A DNA stretch of 61,558 bases, filler included, from Hausera hauseri (taxonomy: Eukaryota), in the NCBI GenBank assembly GCA_046269625.1. It is 9 parts of 9 records of this genome, joined end to end, with 100 filler letters (N's around TTAATTAATTAA, not from the genome) between each part and the next. Parts side by side here need not be neighbours in the genome. Positions count along the whole stretch, not along the records: positions 1 to 4,443 come from JBJURY010579226.1; positions 4,544 to 10,828 come from JBJURY010117098.1; positions 10,929 to 15,676 come from JBJURY010451024.1; 6 more parts are not named here. One strand, written 5' to 3'. The notes beneath the pieces are model-generated. The model ran no database searches. It saw only the letters and a list, made by a program, of their open reading frames with translations, and was not told where the DNA came from. Positions 1 through 11,750 of this stretch are shown here, one piece after another (position 1 is the first letter of the stretch; every line of letters starts with the position of its first letter). The position numbers were made by a program, and so were the translations under genes.

Positions 1-1510
1 ATCTTTGTTTGGACAACGTGGAGAGGCGAAGACCATGGAGATTTAGATCTACAAACAATACCTGAATGTTCGAGTTCAAAAAATTCCGCCTCTACTGCCT
101 GCCTGCGGCGAGGTGACAATGGACGAACCTTTTGTCGAATTGGCCTTTGGTGTCGTGTAATTATATGGTGGTAAATGCAGTTTACAGGAATGAAATTCCG
201 ATCTTTCTGAAGAATACGAGAACAAGAAGTATTGATGAATTGTTTTAAACTTACGGGTAGTTGCCGGAATATTGGAAGTGACGATGAACCGATGTTGCTA
301 GCAGTACTTGTTGAATGTTGATTGAATGTTGAAGGGAAATCGAGTGGAATTTGATGTAGAATGGTTGTGTCAAAGACCCTTTTGAGTAAGTGGTATTGTT
401 TAGTGATTTTACTGAAGATACAAGATCACATTGAGCTGTGATTGACTATCGACATTATCCTTTGAAAGCTTACAAAATAAATCGTGATAGTTAAGAGAAT
501 TAGGAAGAGGTATGGATTGTTTTAAGATTGATTGCCTACTTACCGTCGGCTGTGCTGTCGTCAGGGTGTTGCCTATTTCTGTACTACATTCTTCAGGTGT
601 ATTAGATTTGAGGAATCGTTGGTTAAATCGACTAGCAAGTTATAGTGCGACAGGAAATCGGAGCCAAGTATTGCCGTCTGGATGTTAGCGACTGTAAACG
701 TCCAATGAAATGGTGAGGAAAATTTTGGGAGAGTGAAAGATAATTTGCAAGTTCCGGAAATATGAAGGGGTTGACCGGATGCAGTGTATAACAGTTTTGT
801 TTTAAGTGAAGAAAGCTGAACCTGAAAAGAAAATGGTAGTAATGAAATCGCTGCACCACCATCGATGAGAAAGTCTATGGATTAAATGTTAGAAGTGGAG
901 ATAGCAGCTTTTAGTGTAAAAACTGCAAAAGAAGTGTGTCGACAAGGAGAATTAGGGAAGTTGCCTTTGCCAGATTCTGCCGTGAATACTGGCTGTGAAA
1001 TCAGTTTTTTTATATTGGCGAGTTAGGACGGTTATTGTTAGAGAAACTGGAACGTCTATCAGTGGTGTAGTTATGGTTAGTTCTATAGTTACATCCTAAA
1101 ATACAATTCCGAGCATTAGATCCAAATTTTGCATGAGAGATGCAAACAGTGTTATCTGAGTGTAGATGTAAGGAATAGTATCTACATCCTAAACAGAATT
1201 TATTTTCTTTTTTATTAAATTTGTTATGACAATAACATATAAATGGCCGCGCTGGTAACGGTGTTCGATTTCTTGAGACAGAACGCGTGCGGTGAGGAGC
1301 GGCAGCGTTCCGTCGATGTGAGGAAAGGTCATTCAGCTTACCATTGATGTTATGGATTGTATGTTGTAGTGCCGCATTTTCAGCGCGTAACTGGTTCAAT
1401 TGGTGTTCGACAGATGTATGTTGTTGATTGTCGTCGGTCGTGATTGCCGCTGATATGATGGGCTGTGATTTTATTTGTGAAACTTCATGTGAGTAGGAGG
1501 ATGTGAGCAT
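1..1510 (-). mobile_element. Degenerate Ty3/Gypsy gag (C-terminal half) - protease remnant, truncated at 1510
   Basis: ORF 1010..1510 has a coiled coil, RSVSR and two CxxHxxF/YG..A..C...C-type Gypsy gag motifs (CYCHNKF..C, CISHAKFGSNARNC). An LVDT protease-like motif follows at ~940-955 on the minus strand, with many stops. Confidence 0.7.
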
Positions 1511-1784
1511 ACGAGGCCAATATAAATTTCCTATCTCGAGACCCCCTACCCCCAGGATTAGAAATTGATAATCAATATTTTATATAGAAAATTTTGGTCT
1601 GGTCGTGGTTTCAATATTCCCACCCCAATTTTTTTTTAATTTTGCAAAGTTTATATAAATACCCCTGTGTCACTTGTGAAAAAAATTGTTAAAATGTACA
1701 CTATGACAAATATAAGACAAAACAGAAGACAAAGAAGTCTGTACAAAATATTTATTAATATAACAAATACAAGCAATCAAATAT

Positions 1785-4443
1785 TTACACATTTGTACAG
1801 TAATGTCCATATGCTATACTTTTGTTTTTCGATATCCAGTGTCTTTTGTCGTCGAATGGATCTAGCGCTTTCTTTTTGTTCCTAATCGTCATCAGTTTAT
1901 GATTCTTTGTCCCAATGCGTTCTTGATCATCAATTGTGCAACATCCATTTTTATATGCTTGTAAGTAGTTGTCAGTGCAAATCCGTTTGCTTCAGATTGG
2001 TACCCTTGCATTTCAACACTGGTTTGGTTTGGGTTTTCAGGGCATACGATTTCGGTCTTAGGAAAATAATTTCTTGGTATTCTGCACTACCCTTACTTTT
2101 GTCCTTAAATTTTCCAATTACCGAAGCTAAACGATTGGAAAAAGGGGGTCTGTAGCATCATAATTGGAAGTGTCCAACTGTTCATTTGTTATCATTGCCG
2201 GTAAGAGTTGAGTTTGCAAATCAACACCGCGACACTCAAGAAAGAAACTGTGAGTGTCACCAGCAACAATATTAAGTTCACAATTGAACTGATGCATATA
2301 TGACTCTAACTCTATGTAATTCAATTCATACATTATCAAATTGGAAATATCAAGTACAGCCTTACTTATATATGATGGTCTATCTAAGGTGACCATATCT
2401 TTGTCAAGGAGAACAGCAACAAAATCATCGTCTATTATAATATTCTCTTTAAACTGGGCCTTACTAACATATGTCACAAGCTTTTTAGCATTGTTACATA
2501 ATCTCAAGTTGGACCTTTTTAAAAGGTTTTCGACTGTCTTAACATATAAGCTATTGTTCTTGAGCTTAAAGAAGGATTTTTCACTGCAGCCCTCTTTGCA
2601 GTGTTTAGATCAATGTAATCCTTAAAGACAGCCTTGGTCAAACTCAACAGCTCGATGAACCTTTTCAACTATAGCGCCTAACTCAATGTACAACTGTAAG
2701 AAGCGATAATGAACATAGTTGGACTTACGCTCATGTGTCAGTAACAATTTCTTAACCTTAGTACCTGGAGGACATTGATTAATTGGGGCTAGAGGCAGTT
2801 GGTCCAACTTATCATGTTTGTCTGCTGAAATGCTCAAGTCAAACTCAAAGACTAAGCCTCGTTTTTCTTTAACACAATCAATGTAAGGTAATTGTTAAAT
2901 CAGACTAGTCAAGACGTCCTCATCGCAAATCCAAGTCAGATTCACAAATGGCAAAGGTTGAGATAAAAAACAGTCGTAAAATTTATTTACATCTATATAC
3001 AAGAGACTGGCGCTTTCATCAGAGACAATCCTATGCTTATTTACAAAAGTAATGCCACCGCGAATACCTGACTAAAAGAACTGATACATCTCAGGATCCT
3101 GTATAAGCACAATCTTACAAGGACTGGTTTTTAGTGCTGTGGCCCAACTTAAACCTGGAATTGAGACAAAGTTAGCGGCTTCTAAACCATCTTGCAACTT
3201 AACCTCTTTTCTAAACCGCTCAAAGACATCACCTAACAAGTAGACGTCGAGCTTCATATATACCAACATGTAATCTAACAGACAGTTGCAACTGTATTTT
3301 GACCAAACCAATTGTGCTTCCTCGTAATCACTGTCGCTAACATCATCCCATTTTGCTGGTAAGTCCTTAATTGACTGCAAGTCAGTGAAAGATTTGGCTG
3401 CAGTATATGGAAAAATCCCTTTGCCCTTAATTATGTCAGAAGGAAAAGCTGACTCAGTCAATGGGTAGTTATCTAAGTTTGAAGCCAAAGTCTTAAGTGA
3501 AGCCGGTAAAAATTGCAATGAGTCGAGAAATCTAATTGAAACAGACTTTTTACCAGAACATTGTATATTTGCCCGCATGGTTAAAAATTTCTCTGTCGTT
3601 TGTGGAATGACACTCAAGTCCCAACTGTTGAATTTACTTACTGCGTGTTTCAAGATATGATGGAGATCATAGCCACGCAAATTATGGAAAATTACAGGCA
3701 AATTATATCTAATCTTACGAGCCAAATTACATTGGTTGCAAGCCGGGCCTAAGAATTTACCTGTAACATGACAGTGATCTCTAACAAATTGTGAAGCGGT
3801 TTCATGACAAAGGTAACATTCTGTAGCATTTTTAAAACGAGACCATTCATCAGATGTTAATGGAATCATAGGCTTTTTGGCATTCTGGTAGAAAGGAAAA
3901 ACTAAGGTTTTCACTATGTCCTCCAGACAAGCTAAAAATTCGACTATACAATTTTCACCAACAAACTGTTTGTATTCAGTACCTGATGGTGAAACTAGCA
4001 AAAGACCGGCTGCAGCAGGCAAATGAAGATGTTTAACCTTTTCATCAGGACACAAAACAGATTCAAAGTCGGCATATACAAGAAAAGGTGGACTAATAGA
4101 TTTTGACCAGTCCTTAAATTCACAAAACTTATTTTCCGGCATTTTGTACAAAGTCATAAACTTGGCTGAAGAATTGCACATTGGTAAATGTTTAGTGTAA
4201 GCAGTATCAAGTCTAAATCCATGCAAACATTTTTCACACCAATGCTTACATTGAATTCTTATGCTTTTAGATCGAATGTTCAACAGCCGATTTAGATTGG
4301 GTACAGCAACATAGTGAAAGTGATTATCATTCTCCAAAATCAGCAAGTTCACTACAGTACCATTCAGATTTTTTGTACGATACAAAATATCAACGAATGG
4401 ATTTTTCACTATGTCCTCATCAAAATCCACATCATCCTCATCA
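1785..4443 (-). pseudogene. Polinton/adintovirus-type protein-primed DNA polymerase B with EndoVII-like insert, frameshifted
   Basis: ExoI YADFES, EndoVII-like RDHCHVTGKFLGPACNQCNL, ExoII FHNLRGYDLH, FLDSLQFL, KGIFPY, ExoIII YMKLDVYLL, KLKNN (~2560), AGDTHS (motif C-like) and C-terminal ALDPFDDKR..AYGHY. Split across ORFs 3072..4430, 2622..2837, 2127..2507; 5' end lost in the gap. Confidence 0.9.
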
Positions 4444-4543
4444 NNNNNNNNNNNNNNNNNNNNNNNNNNNNNNNNNNNNNNNNNNNNTTAATTAATTAAN
4501 NNNNNNNNNNNNNNNNNNNNNNNNNNNNNNNNNNNNNNNNNNN
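4444..4543. other. Artificial contig linker (N44-TTAATTAATTAA-N44)
   Basis: 100-bp N run with a six-frame stop oligo, identical at 8 positions. Confidence 0.98.
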
Positions 4544-5308
4544 CACAGCCATGATACAGTCACTAACGGACACATTTTGTAAACTTGGGGAATTTTATCT
4601 TTCTCATATTTGCCATATTCACGATTTGTGTTGATCTTATTCCGATCAGAGACAAACTATCATTGTATTCTCATCTTCGATACTGCGCCCTAGCTGTGTC
4701 TAATGTTCTGCTATCTTTTGAAACGCAGAGCAATTATTTAAAAATCAGTGTTATACCCTTGCTGTCTTTCGTGGAAAGTGTTGTACAACACATCGTGGAG
4801 AGTTTGGAATGTTGCTGAAAAAAAGATGCAGGTTATCAGTTACAATAATCTATTTGTTATTTCGCGATCAGGAAACTTGGAACCGCTCGTCGATTTTGTC
4901 TTTAAACTTCTGTTTGATTCACAGATTGAAGTACGCAAAGAATCGGCAAATATCCTTTTCGGTTTTATTCAGTTTCCTATGTTCGTTGTTGATTCAAAGT
5001 TTATTCAACAAACGAGTAGTAAAATCAAAAGGTTCCAAACAATAAAAATAAAACTAGATGATGTTGTCGAATCACACAGTGGAGTGTTGGGTTTATGTGC
5101 CTTCGTTCAGGTTCATCCATTTGACGTTCCGTCGGATTCACCCGAAATGTTGACAGCTCTTTGTAGGTATGTCAATCGTTCGTAATCCATGAGTGGAACA
5201 ATCGAAGAAACCTTAGCATAATACAAGAAGAATCGTCATGAAACTTGTCAAATGGAAAAACAATTTCAGTTCCGGTGAAAATTGTCCGGCGCAATAATCC
5301 TATATTGA
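4544..5308 (+). pseudogene. PSME4: Proteasome activator subunit 4 (PA200/Blm10) C-terminal fragment, disrupted
   Basis: LLFDSQIEVRKESANILFGFIQ and HSGVLGLCAFVQVHPFDVP match the PA200 C-terminus (LLEDEQLEVRE..ATTLSGLL; HAGVLGL.A.V...PYDVP). Continues as TIEETLA*YKKNRHE through in-frame stops. Confidence 0.8.
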
Positions 5309-7661
5309 AATCATGTCAATACTCGGTTATAACAAGGATGCTGTCGTGGAGTTCAGTAAAACCACATTAAGGCAGGTGGGTGAGATTTTTTTCACTGATT
5401 TGTGCCCACTGGTGCGACCATTTTTTGCGCATATGTAATTCTTTCATAACTAACACCAATTTTCATTTTAAAGGATTTTTGAGCTCAAGAACCTTGGACA
5501 TTCCTTTATCACAATCATCATTTTCCACTGCTTCCCGCGCTGTACGCCCGAACCTCTCCTTAACCCAGAGGGAAACCGCCCATGTGCCCCGTGCATTTCA
5601 TCTTTCTCCTGGAATCACATTACCATTTTCTTTCCTGGTCTTCAGCAATAATCAACATGTAAAAAGCATAAGAGCTCCACTCAACGATACAGGACAGCTC
5701 TTATATAACGCTTTTCCTCATCATACAACACTTCTGATTTCTGTGTCACATATCAAGGGCTTATAATACATTCTTCCGACTCCTTTTTGCTTTTCATATG
5801 CCACGAACGTCCCATCATCCATCTGGTGCTCTACCGCAGCCTTAGGGGAGCATCGGATCAAAATCCATCCTTCTCGGATAATAAGTCCACAAATACCAGC
5901 GAAGTCTATCGTTTGCCACACTCCCAACAATCGCGAGCTTTGTTAAATTTACCTTTTGTGGAATTTTTCCTTGACAAGAACAACTCCAGCAAATCATGGC
6001 TCCAATTCCACCAACAGTGGTTAAAATCGAACAACATCGCTGATTCTTTTGTGCGAGCAAATAGTGTCTCCTGCCTGCCAACGTCAAGCAGCAGATTAGT
6101 AACATCTCCGAGCTGCTCCAATCCTGGACACCTTAAGAGACACTCGGTGAAACTGTACTGCATGTCACGGATCCTTCGATTGACAATATAATACAAAAGT
6201 ATTTTAACGACCACGCGATAGAAAACCAAAAGCCATCAGATTTTCTCCAAACGGCCATTCTGCAGCTTAGCGCTTTAGGCGTAACACCTACGAATAACGC
6301 ACACTTAATTCGCTGTTATTTATTATCATCTCTGCCTACTTCAATCAGAGTCTTTCTTACTGTCGTCGATTAGTCTACTGTCATTGAGAAATGGGCCTTA
6401 ATGGCTGATAAGTCTTTCGAAATCTTCCACGCAAATAATTCCCTCCAAATTGCGGCTGCAACCACACGTACACAAAATATGGACACCACATCTTTCGCTC
6501 AACGACTGCAAATAATGTAGCAACAATTTGACTCGTTACAGCAGTCAATTTGGGCTATTACCACCCAACTAAATAGATCTAATGGGCCTCGACGAAGTGA
6601 AATCAGATCTTCAAGGGAGCGAAGCACTTAAAGACACTCTACCCAACCCTTTTCGCCTGGCGGACGCATGACTTATTTCTATCACAAGCGATTTCGAAAG
6701 GATGGTAGGAAATGTTTCTTGGGCTGTCTATTCTACAGCGAACGATATGATGTGGACAACCCTACCTGCATCTACCACACCAAATATCAGTCACAGGACA
6801 GATCGTGTGTCCCTGATTGCAAACACTACAAGAATAAATCAACTCCTTTTTTTCCTCTTTTTTCTTTTCTCCAAATACTTCAAAAAACTGATAATGCCGC
6901 CAGATCTCACGGCCCATTCTGGCGCAGGCAATATTGTTCAATCTTCTGGCCGTTTCAACACCGCCACTGCAGTCTTTCTGTTGAAAGCTGTACTGTCATG
7001 CAGAGATGCCTCATATTGAATTTCTATTAGATTTAGGAGCTGCCTCTTCGCTCCTTCCCTTGTCCTTCACTCCTACATCCACTATAATTTCCTGTCCTCC
7101 GCTCTTCATTGCCAGTGGACAACCGTTACACGTTGCAGGAACCACGGAACTGACTTTCACATTCGCCAGCTTGCCAGATAAGTTTGTCTGAAAATTCCAC
7201 GTGGCTAATATTAAATCCCCCATAATAGGTTCAGATTTTCTTGCCGCACATGATCTATTGGTCGATTGCAAATACGTCTGTCGTGTGAGCAGGAACTCGA
7301 TCGCAATTCCACATATATGTCTAGCAGACAATCTAGCGAACATCTAAATGCACACTTCTATAAATATACTGAAAACCTCGTCAGATGCTAACGAGTATAA
7401 CAATCACAAATCAATTTTAAAATAAAAATTCAAACTAAATATTGACAGTGGGAATGCCGGTTGTTCTTCATCAATTACTGCAAATGTCTCATCCGATGAT
7501 ATTCTTCATTCATTCTTATCTATAGACTCCGATCTTAACTCATACATCACAACGTCTTTCTTTCGCATAGTTAAAAGGGACGTCAGCTTTAAGCCTCCAT
7601 CCACAACTTATCACCATATAGTAACAGAGCATTAGAGGCCTATCAAACAAACGTCAGACCT

Positions 7662-8324
7662 TTGTCTCCACGCAGACGTAAAGCTGTGGAACAGGAATTT
7701 AATAAACTGGAAAAATCTGGCATCGTTCGGGAATCGAATTCTCCATGGGTCTCTCCTCTTCATGTAGTAGTAAAGAAAGATAATACTTACGGGCTATGTG
7801 GCGACTATCAACAATTAATCAACCTAACTATTACATATGCCTATTCACTAACACTCATTAATAATAATCTTCGTAGCCTCAATAACACCAATACCTACTC
7901 TACCATTGGTCTGAACAAGGCCTATCATCAAATTCCTGTTGCATTTGATGACATTCCAAAAACTGCTGTCATCACGCCATTTGACCTTTATGAATACATC
8001 TTTATGACTTTCGGCCTACGTAGCGCATCTCACACCTTTCAGCGCCACATTGACACCGTTCTCTCAGGTCTTGGTTTTGCTCACCCATACATAGATGACA
8101 TATTAGTCGCTTCCACCTCAATCAAACAACATCACGAGCACCTTAGAATTATTTTCCACAGATTGAATCAAAGCAACTTGCAAATCAATTTCACCAAATG
8201 CAATTTCTTCCAGAAACGCTTCAACTTCTTACGCCACATAATTACTCCCAAAGGTCATTCACCCCAGCCTGATCGCTTAAAACTTTTAAAAAATGTGACT
8301 TTACCAACTACTACTACAATATAA
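7662..8324 (+). CDS. Ty3/Gypsy reverse transcriptase domain
   Basis: SPWVSPLHVVVKK, LCGDYQQL, KAYHQIP, KTAVITPF, FGLRSA..FQR, YIDDIL. Confidence 0.93.
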   Translation: MSPRRRKAVEQEFNKLEKSGIVRESNSPWVSPLHVVVKKDNTYGLCGDYQQLINLTITYAYSLTLINNNLRSLNNTNTYSTIGLNKAYHQIPVAFDDIPKTAVITPFDLYEYIFMTFGLRSASHTFQRHIDTVLSGLGFAHPYIDDILVASTSIKQHHEHLRIIFHRLNQSNLQINFTKCNFFQKRFNFLRHIITPKGHSPQPDRLKLLKNVTLPTTTTI

Positions 8325-8362
8325 GGAGTTTTCTAGGGACTCTGCACTTCGTACACAAATAC

Positions 8363-9097
8363 GTGTCGCACTGCTCTGAACTAACGGCACCTTTAGCACA
8401 CCTCTCATCCGGGAAGAAAAGACAATTAATCCACTGGACACCCGATCTAGTAAATCAATTTGATCGCCTTCGTGAAGGTCTGAAAACCGTTGAAATCCTG
8501 GCTTTTCCAAAACCAAACGCGGAACTGATATTAACTACCGATGCTTCAACCACAGCCACCGGTGCGATATTACACCAAACATATAATGGTGTTGACGAGC
8601 CATTAGAATTCTATTCCCGAAAGCTCACGCAACGAGAAAGCCTATACTCAACATTCGATCGTGAACTCATGGCCATAGTTCTAGCGGTAAAGCATTTCAA
8701 ACATTTGCTTCTATCACGTCAATTTATCATCCAAACCGACAACAAGCCTCTACTTCATATCTCGACGTTGAAACAGCCATCATCCAGACAAGAACGACAG
8801 ATATCATACCTGTCGACATTTAGTTTTTCCATGAAATATACTTCAGGTACCGAAAATTTAGCAGCAGATTTTCTGTCGCGGTCAGTCAACTCGATTACAG
8901 TTCAGCCAATTTTTTCATCTGAAATCCCGAGAATTAATCAGCCATCGTCTAATATTCTCCAAGCACGTAAATCTGTTGAAATCACTGATGGCATCGCCTA
9001 CGACACTTCCAACTCGACTAACGAGAAAATCATTCTTGCTGCATCGTTACAAAAGACAGATTTCACTAATTTTCACTCTCTTCATCATCCGGATTAA
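8363..9097 (+). CDS. Ty3/Gypsy RNase H domain
   Basis: LTTDAS..ATGAIL, FYSRKL, YSTFDRELMAI, TDNKPL, ADFLSR. Confidence 0.9.
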   Translation: MSHCSELTAPLAHLSSGKKRQLIHWTPDLVNQFDRLREGLKTVEILAFPKPNAELILTTDASTTATGAILHQTYNGVDEPLEFYSRKLTQRESLYSTFDRELMAIVLAVKHFKHLLLSRQFIIQTDNKPLLHISTLKQPSSRQERQISYLSTFSFSMKYTSGTENLAADFLSRSVNSITVQPIFSSEIPRINQPSSNILQARKSVEITDGIAYDTSNSTNEKIILAASLQKTDFTNFHSLHHPD

Positions 9098-10030
9098 AAA
9101 GCCACATTTCGTATACTGCAACGCCACGTTGTATGGCCAACTATGCGTACAGATGTACATGTCTTTGTTAAGGGATGTGTATCTTGTCAACAATATAAGG
9201 TTAATGAACACCTCAAACCACCACTTTATCACTTTCCTTGCACATCTCGTTTTGACACCATTCATTTGGATCTTGTGGGCCCTTTACAATCCGACAACGG
9301 CTATCAATATATCTTATCCACAATGGACCACGATTTTCGCTGGCCGGAAGTGTTCCTCTTCGATCAACCAACATCGACTCAGTAGCAGATGCCTTTATCA
9401 AAATGTAGATCAGCCGTTTTGGCTCACCACGTCATATAATAACAGACAAAGGTCCGCAATTTGAAGATGAACTTTTTAAATCTCTAGTAAAGCACCTGGG
9501 GATAGCCCATTTCCATACAACACCGTACCATCCCCAAGCAAATAATCTTCTTGAGAGATTTCACAGAACCATGAAGATTTCCTTGAAAATCTTGGCAAAT
9601 AACAATTGTAACTAAACCTCAATTCTTCCTCTTGTCCTACTCGGTTGGTGCAACATGGCATCCACCACCACAGGCTACGCTCCAGCTGAAGCTCTCTTTG
9701 GGACACCAATTCTTGCCATTTTCATCTCTCCAACCTCAATTAAAGCCCGTCAGATGAATTTATTCGTGCGTCACAGTCCCACTTTGCAGATGTAAACTCA
9801 AGCACCTTTTGCTGTCTTATATATAAAGATAAATCCTATATTCCAGAGGACTTATACTCAGCGAAGTTTGTATGGCTGAAGAATCCGTCACCTTCTGGTT
9901 TTCGGCCTCAGTACGTTGGCCCTTATAAACTACTCAAACTTTCCTCGCACACCGCTACTATTTTACGTAATAACAGACCTTAAAATATACACATTTCTAA
10001 TCTTAAGCCAGTATTCTTCGTTGACGATGA
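9098..10030 (+). pseudogene. Ty3/Gypsy integrase, disrupted
   Basis: HH..CVSCQ zinc site, [42 protein letters not shown]; several stops. Confidence 0.85.
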
Positions 10031-10141
10031 CCAGGATAACAGCACTGTTTCAAATCCTAACACTAACATCTCTCTCCTTCAGCCATCTTCTCATTTCCTC
10101 GATGATTTTGCTCCGTCGCAGCAGTCACTCTCACGTTACAA

Positions 10142-10828
10142 TCAGTTTTCTTCACTTTCATCATCGTCTTCATCAAATCTGACCTCCTCACTGTTGCCAC
10201 TTAAGAAGTCTTGTGTAACCACTCCTCCCAAAGTATGACCGACACCAGAGCCATCTTCAGGCAATTGCCTGTCTATCTGCTCATCGTAGCTGTCATCAGA
10301 ATCATAAGACCTACTACTTTCTACATTATAATCATCTCCTCCATGTTTTTCTTCACTTCTATCATTGTCTTCATCAAACCTGTTCTCTCCATTGTTGCCA
10401 CTTAAAAAGTCTTGACCACTAACTTTTCGGAAACTTTCACCCTCTGCAACTTCACGGTCAGTATCTGTAATCTTGCCTAATGAGGCATCAATGATATCCA
10501 GGTTTCCCTGTAGAGGGTCCATGATGGGAAGGTAATCTGTTTCAACATCTTCTGGTCTAATGACAACTTCAAGTTCTGAATCTTCAAGTTTTGAAGAGCA
10601 TCTGGAATAGTTTTCCTCTCTAGAAAATCTACGATTTGGGTAGTCTTCAGATTTGGAAAACTTCCTCCCTGGAAAAGACTGAATGATATCCTCCTCCTCA
10701 TGCACACTTTCAGTTTCTGATGAAGGTTTTCTGTCTGGAAAATTTGTCATTATCTCATTCTCCATGATGGTCAAAGGCAAATCAGTATCTCTTGATCGTT
10801 TCTTTTCTGCAGATGATGAAGACACATT
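10142..10828 (-). CDS. Acidic, internally repetitive hypothetical protein (partial, runs into gap)
   Basis: 227-aa open frame with duplicated QDFLSGN..E.RFDED...SEE and triplicated (F/Y)P.R(K/R)(P/F)S; no recognised family. Confidence 0.4.
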   Translation of the reverse strand, partial: NVSSSSAEKKRSRDTDLPLTIMENEIMTNFPDRKPSSETESVHEEEDIIQSFPGRKFSKSEDYPNRRFSREENYSRCSSKLEDSELEVVIRPEDVETDYLPIMDPLQGNLDIIDASLGKITDTDREVAEGESFRKVSGQDFLSGNNGENRFDEDNDRSEEKHGGDDYNVESSRSYDSDDSYDEQIDRQLPEDGSGVGHTLGGVVTQDFLSGNSEEVRFDEDDDESEEN

Positions 10829-10928
10829 NNNNNNNNNNNNNNNNNNNNNNNNNNNNNNNNNNNNNNNNNNNNTTAATTAATTAANNNNNNNNNNNNNNNN
10901 NNNNNNNNNNNNNNNNNNNNNNNNNNNN
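10829..10928. other. Artificial contig linker
   Basis: N44-TTAATTAATTAA-N44. Confidence 0.98.
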
Positions 10929-11094
10929 GGAGAATCTGGTATGATGTCAGATATGTAAAAATAAGATGAAATACGCAAAATTATGCATGAAATATAGAAT
11001 GTGATGTATAGAATGATGATATATGAAATATGATGTATGGCATGTAGAATCATAAGTTGAATCATTCTTTCACCACCCAGGAATATAATATTTA

Positions 11095-11650
11095 CAGCTG
11101 CAAGCAGCTAATTAGAAACTATGGTATGGCAAATTCATTAAGCAATCTTTGCACTATCTGTCATACTTATTAAATTTCAGTACATTACATGTTTGTTTCA
11201 TGTTTATATTTCAAAACATTTATTATTTTGTTGTCAATTTAAAAATTTTAACGAGCAACTAATTAGAAACATTTAAATTATATAAAAAAATTAAATAAAT
11301 CCATTCATTTTGTATTTTTTGGTAAGAAAGTAATTTGTCAATAATTTGAATTATTTCGAACAAAAAAATTATTAGTAAGAACAAAACAATGAGAAAATCT
11401 GCTTCTTGTACACTAGCTGACCGAAAAGCGATTTTAGAACTACAGAAGACTGGTTTAACATTCAGTGAAATTACTAAACAGCTAAAATGTTCAAAAAATA
11501 AAGTTTTTGGTGAAGCATTTTAAAGAGTTTGACACTCATAAAAACGTTAAACGAAAACAAAGGCTACGTAAGACTTCGGTTCGTATTGACCGAAAATTTT
11601 CAAAGTTGTCAAAAATTGATCCGAAAAAAGACATTCAACTAGGAAATTTT
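11095..11650 (+). mobile_element. Tc1-family DNA transposon left end (IR/DR type) with transposase N-terminal HTH remnant
   Basis: TA|CAGCTGCAAGC terminus at 11093-11095; direct repeat GCA(G/A)CTAATTAGAAAC at ~11104 and ~11254. ATG 11389 gives MRKSASCTLADRKAILELQKTGLTFSEITKQLKCSKNKVF then RKTSVRIDRKF, a typical Tc1 paired-like HTH. Confidence 0.7.
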
Positions 11651-11750
11651 GAATTGAAATGTTGCTTTTAAACAATAGCCGTTTGGAAACTTTATTTCTA
11701 ACTTTCATCTTCATATCGTTATGCAATGTTAACCACATTTAGCGATTCAT

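Larger units (their letters stand above)
5787..10030 (+). mobile_element. Degenerate Ty3/Gypsy retrotransposon (gag-PR-RT-RH-IN)
   Basis: gag N-terminus (KSWLQFHQQWL), gag Cys/His motifs at 6668-6830, protease FLLDLGAASS (7006), RT, RNase H and integrase in Gypsy order, with stops and frameshifts. LTRs not delimited. Confidence 0.9.
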
